Source: Clostridia bacterium (GTDB lineage: Bacteria > Bacillota > Clostridia > UMGS1883). Taken from it: a stretch of 64,000 nucleotides of DNA. The translations under genes were made by a program, and so were the position numbers. Location: NCBI GenBank assembly GCA_045546275.1, contig JAZQCM010000001.1, forward strand, positions 55,079 to 119,078, written 5' to 3'. Of this stretch, positions 60,902-64,000 are shown in pieces. Under the pieces are notes generated by a model that ran no database searches, had not been told where the DNA came from, and was given only the letters and a program-made list of their open reading frames with translations. Numbering within the stretch: position 1 is the first letter of the stretch; every line of letters begins with the position of its first letter.

Positions 60902-62095
60902 ATGTATTTATCTAAGAAATATTCATCAATCAGTCCTTCGGCAACACTTGCTATTGACTCTAAGTTTAAAGCAATGAAGGCAGAAGGCATAGATGTTGTA
61001 GGTTTTGGAGCAGGTGAACCTGATTTTCCCACACCTCGTCATATAAAGGATGCGGCTATAGAAGCAATTGAAAACAATATGACAACATATACTCCTGCAT
61101 CAGGTACAGTTGCTGTTAAAAATGCTGTTTGTGAAAAGTTTTTAAAGGAAAATGGTCTTGAATACAAGGCTGAAAACATTGTTGTTTCAAACGGTGCAAA
61201 GCACTCTTTGAATAATGCCTTAGGTGCAATTTTGAACCCCGGTGATGAAGTTATTATTCCTGCACCTTGTTGGGTAAGCTACCCTGAAATGGTGCTTTTG
61301 GCAGACGGTGTGCCTGTGATTGTTAATTCCACTGAAGAAGAAGGCTTTCTTCCAACAATGGATAAGATAAGAGCAGCCGTAACTGAAAAAACAAGAGCTA
61401 TTATCATCAACAATCCTTCAAACCCCACAGGTATGTGCTACTCTGAAGAATTACTTCGTGAAATTGCAGCACTTTGTGTGGAAAAGAATATTTATATTAT
61501 TGCTGATGAAATTTATGAAAGTCTGGTTTATTCCGGCAGAAAGAATTTCTCAATTGCTACAATCAGTGATGAAGTTAAAGACATGACCATTGTTGTAAAT
61601 GGTGTTTCAAAGACCTACGCCATGACAGGCTGGAGAATTGGTTACACAGCTTCAAACGCACGTTTGGCAAAGATTATGGGCAATGTTCAGTCCCATGCAA
61701 CCTCAAACCCCAACTCCATTGCACAACATGCAGCAGTTGCGGCACTTACAGGTGATCAGGAACCTGTATATGAAATGAAAAAGGCTTTTGAAGAAAGAAG
61801 AAACCACATGGTGGAAAGAATGAATAAGATTGACGGCGTAAGCTGTATTATGCCTGACGGTGCATTCTACATCATGATGAACATTTCCAAGCTTATCGGA
61901 AAGAAGATTAATGGCGTTGAAATTACAGGCAGTGATGTTTTTGCAGAACAGTTCCTGGAAATTGAAAAAGTTGCTGTTGTTCCCGGTAAGAGCTTTGGAA
62001 CTGACATTCATGTGAGATGGAGCTATGCTACAAGCATGGATAATATTAATAAGGGTCTTGACAGATTGGAAGCATTCATTTCAAAGCTTAATTAA
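60902..62095 (+). CDS. aspB: Aspartate aminotransferase (PLP-dependent aminotransferase class I)
   Basis: GAGEPDFPTP, IIINNPSNPTG, and the PLP Lys region VVNGVSKTYAMTGWRIGY are present. Confidence 0.85.
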   Translation: MYLSKKYSSISPSATLAIDSKFKAMKAEGIDVVGFGAGEPDFPTPRHIKDAAIEAIENNMTTYTPASGTVAVKNAVCEKFLKENGLEYKAENIVVSNGAKHSLNNALGAILNPGDEVIIPAPCWVSYPEMVLLADGVPVIVNSTEEEGFLPTMDKIRAAVTEKTRAIIINNPSNPTGMCYSEELLREIAALCVEKNIYIIADEIYESLVYSGRKNFSIATISDEVKDMTIVVNGVSKTYAMTGWRIGYTASNARLAKIMGNVQSHATSNPNSIAQHAAVAALTGDQEPVYEMKKAFEERRNHMVERMNKIDGVSCIMPDGAFYIMMNISKLIGKKINGVEITGSDVFAEQFLEIEKVAVVPGKSFGTDIHVRWSYATSMDNINKGLDRLEAFISKLN

Positions 62096-62111
62096 GAAAA
62101 GAGGGTAAAAA

Positions 62112-62912
62112 ATGAAATTAGGTGTTATAGGTGCAGGTAATATGTCATCTGCAATTTTGCAGGGCGTAATTAAGGCAGGCGCATTCAAGGTTGAAGATAT
62201 TTATGTTAGCGAAATTCTTGATGATAAGCTTAAAAAAGCAGCAGAACTTGGCGTGCACACAACTTGCGACGCAAGGGAAGTTGTTGAAAACAGCGACTAC
62301 ATTATGTTTGGCGTAAAACCTAATGTAATTCTTAAGGTAATGGATGGCGTTAAAAACTTCATTGGCGACAAGGTTGTTATTTCCATTGCTGCAGGTATTA
62401 GCGTTGAAAGCATGAAGAATGTTCTTGGTAAAAAGGCAAAGGTTGTACGTACAATGCCTAACATGCCTGCTCTTGTTGGTGAAGGCATGACCGCTGTTTG
62501 TAAAACTGATGATGTTAACGAAGAGGAAATGCAGGTTGTCCTTGACATTTTCAATTCTATCGGCAAAACAGCTCTTTTGCCCGAAACACTTATAAACACC
62601 GCAACCGCTACAAATGGTAGTGGTCCTGCATATGTTTTCATGATGATTGAAGCAATGGCGGACGCGGCGGTTCTTCACGGTATTCCTCGTGACACCGCAT
62701 ATCTTTTGGTGTCTCAGACTATCCTTGGTGCGGCAAAGCTTGCGTTAGACACCAACACTCATCCAGGTCAGCTTAAAGACATGGTATGTTCGCCTGGTGG
62801 CACTGCTATCGAGGCGGTATATCAGCTTGAGCTTGACGGTTTCCGTGCATCCCTCATAAATGCAATCGACCGTTGTGTTAAAAAGGCAACCAGCATGGGT
62901 GAAAAGAAATAA
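62112..62912 (+). CDS. proC: Pyrroline-5-carboxylate reductase
   Basis: The N-terminus MKLGVIGAGNMSSAI (Rossmann) and C-terminal SPGGTAIEAV match ProC. Confidence 0.9.
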   Translation: MKLGVIGAGNMSSAILQGVIKAGAFKVEDIYVSEILDDKLKKAAELGVHTTCDAREVVENSDYIMFGVKPNVILKVMDGVKNFIGDKVVISIAAGISVESMKNVLGKKAKVVRTMPNMPALVGEGMTAVCKTDDVNEEEMQVVLDIFNSIGKTALLPETLINTATATNGSGPAYVFMMIEAMADAAVLHGIPRDTAYLLVSQTILGAAKLALDTNTHPGQLKDMVCSPGGTAIEAVYQLELDGFRASLINAIDRCVKKATSMGEKK

Positions 62913-62977
62913 AACACGCATAAATCCCTTTGTACAGTCATATTGTTTTATGAATGATTGTACGGAGGGATTTTTTT

Positions 62978-63514
62978 ATGTATAAAAAAACAAGGAGGGA
63001 GTATGGGTCACTCATTTTTATTGTTGGGGCGATATTTTTCATAGGGGTACTTTTAGGTTCGATTTCCTATTTTTCAATGGGAAAGGACATGGAACATTTA
63101 CTTGAAGGTGTAGTTGTAAATGAAGGACAATCCTATGATTTTAAAGAAATGTTTAAAATATGCTTCTTTACAGAAGGTGCGTGGGTTACATTAACCTGGC
63201 TCATTTCGCAAATCGGGTTTATTTCACCGTTTACCTTAACTGTAGTAGGCATAAGAGGGTTTGTGCTCGGGTTTACAGTTTCTTTTGTATTAAACGCCAA
63301 TGGCATGGCTCTTAAAATATTGTTGAAAACAATCGTGCCTCAATGCTTGTTCGCTCTTCCGATTTTAACCTTTGTCGCAGCTACAAGTGTTGTTTATGCT
63401 GTTAAAGACAAAAGGAATGTGTCCGCCTTAAATTGTATTTCAATTGAATTGATAGCTCTTGTGCTCGCGGCAGTTGTTGCGGTGCTGGAATGCTTGTTTG
63501 CCTACGTTTTATAA
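62978..63514 (+). CDS. Small polytopic membrane protein, SpoIIM-like (stage II sporulation protein M family candidate)
   Basis: Four or five predicted TM helices, about 180 aa, located just upstream of xerD as in Bacillus. A GGAGGGA RBS is present. The family call is tentative. Confidence 0.45.
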   Translation: MYKKTRREYGSLIFIVGAIFFIGVLLGSISYFSMGKDMEHLLEGVVVNEGQSYDFKEMFKICFFTEGAWVTLTWLISQIGFISPFTLTVVGIRGFVLGFTVSFVLNANGMALKILLKTIVPQCLFALPILTFVAATSVVYAVKDKRNVSALNCISIELIALVLAAVVAVLECLFAYVL

Positions 63515-63606
63515 ATTATTTATAAATTGTAAAGATGAAATTCTGTTATTTTGCTGATGTACATTTAAAGGTAAATATTGTATAATAAACAAAGGAGGTG
63601 ACGGAG

Positions 63607-64000
63607 TTGGAGCGTGTTTTGATTAACTTTGAAGATTTTCTCTCAAATGAATTAGCTGAAAATACGGTTTTGTCCTATATGGGTGATGTTAGCCGATTTC
63701 TCAACGAAATGAATATAACAACAAAAAAACAGTTTTCTTCCGTCGCTGAAGAGGATTTGGAAAAATACCTGGAATTGTTGAAAAACAAGGGGCATTCTTA
63801 TGCGTCCATATGCAGAGTGGTTTCATCCTTGAAAAAGTTTTACAGGTTTTGTGTGGATGAAAAGATTTTGAAAAACAATATTACAACAAAGCTTGAAACT
63901 ACAGGACAAAAACGGAAATTGCCAAACACTCTTACCCTGGAAGAAGTGGAAAAGCTTTTGGAGATTCCTGATGTTACAACCATAAAAGGCATCCGTGACA
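63607..64000 (+). CDS. xerD: Tyrosine recombinase XerD/XerC (5' portion; continues beyond the window)
   Basis: N-terminal SAM-like domain: FLSNELAENTVLSYMGDVSRF, HSYASICRVVSSLKKFYRF and LTLEEVEKLLEIPDVTTIKGIRD. A TTG start lies 7 nt after AAAGGAGGTG. There is no stop in the window. Confidence 0.8.
   Translation, partial: MERVLINFEDFLSNELAENTVLSYMGDVSRFLNEMNITTKKQFSSVAEEDLEKYLELLKNKGHSYASICRVVSSLKKFYRFCVDEKILKNNITTKLETTGQKRKLPNTLTLEEVEKLLEIPDVTTIKGIRD

Noticed and set aside
63607-64000. Tyrosine recombinase as a possible prophage or ICE integrase marking a mobile element boundary
   Set aside because: The N-terminal domain matches chromosomal XerD/XerC closely. It follows proC and a SpoIIM-like gene in a housekeeping context. 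There are no adjacent tRNA, att-like repeats or phage genes. Only the 5' end is in the window, so this cannot be fully excluded.
1-64000. Search for rRNA, tRNA, IS elements/transposases, CRISPR-Cas, toxin-antitoxin pairs and restriction-modification genes
   Set aside because: No intergenic region is long enough or has cloverleaf-like or conserved rRNA sequence. No transposase, Cas, RT, methyltransferase or small paired TA-like ORFs were seen. Intergenic spaces are fully accounted for by promoters, leaders and terminators, except the 55490-55716 region reported above.

Overview
This 64 kb window comes from a low-GC Firmicute, probably a spore-forming Clostridia lineage (Oscillospiraceae/Ruminococcaceae-like). 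The evidence is cwlD, a pdaA-like deacetylase, SpoIID- and SpoIIM-like genes, and Cu-amine-oxidase-N-type wall-association modules on several secreted proteins. Genes are densely packed, often overlapping or translationally coupled. Rho-independent terminators and near-consensus sigma-A promoters are easy to read.

The 5' third (about 1-22.8 kb) is an accessory carbohydrate-utilisation island. It starts with three consecutive giant secreted multidomain enzymes. Two have a right-handed beta-helix (pectate-lyase fold) core. The third has a probable (alpha/alpha)6 GH95-like core. All three carry F5/8 discoidin (CBM32-like) modules, and some also carry Big_2 and ricin-B modules. Next come AraC regulators (one truncated) and an intracellular GH30. 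A 4-gene minus-strand operon follows: a secreted AlgL/heparinase-like lyase fold protein, an AraC regulator, a GH88 unsaturated glucuronyl hydrolase, and a 1090-aa intracellular multidomain enzyme. The island ends with a GH43 beta-xylosidase plus a GNAT.

After the island come a Liv-type branched-chain amino acid ABC transporter, L-serine dehydratase, an AlkD-like gene and a CUT2 sugar ABC transporter with two permeases. The remainder is core: nitroreductase, dapB-dapA-asd, spoIID-like, queA-tgt, cysK-nifS-nifU-nadA, a heterodimeric ABC exporter plus MATE, a wall-anchored secreted nuclease, cwlD-pdaA, a tandem-OB SSB-like protein, ruvX, a DUF1292 gene, a GC-rich 240-nt structured leader, mreB, corC, a CofE-like ligase, aspB, proC, spoIIM-like and the 5' end of xerD.

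I found no rRNA, tRNA, CRISPR array, IS or prophage. The best candidates for undescribed biology are:
- the beta-helix/discoidin secreted enzyme array, coupled to the lyase-AraC-GH88-giant enzyme operon (an acidic polysaccharide pathway of unknown substrate);
- the wall-anchored secreted nuclease;
- the tandem-OB SSB-like protein;
- the unclassified structured RNA leader.
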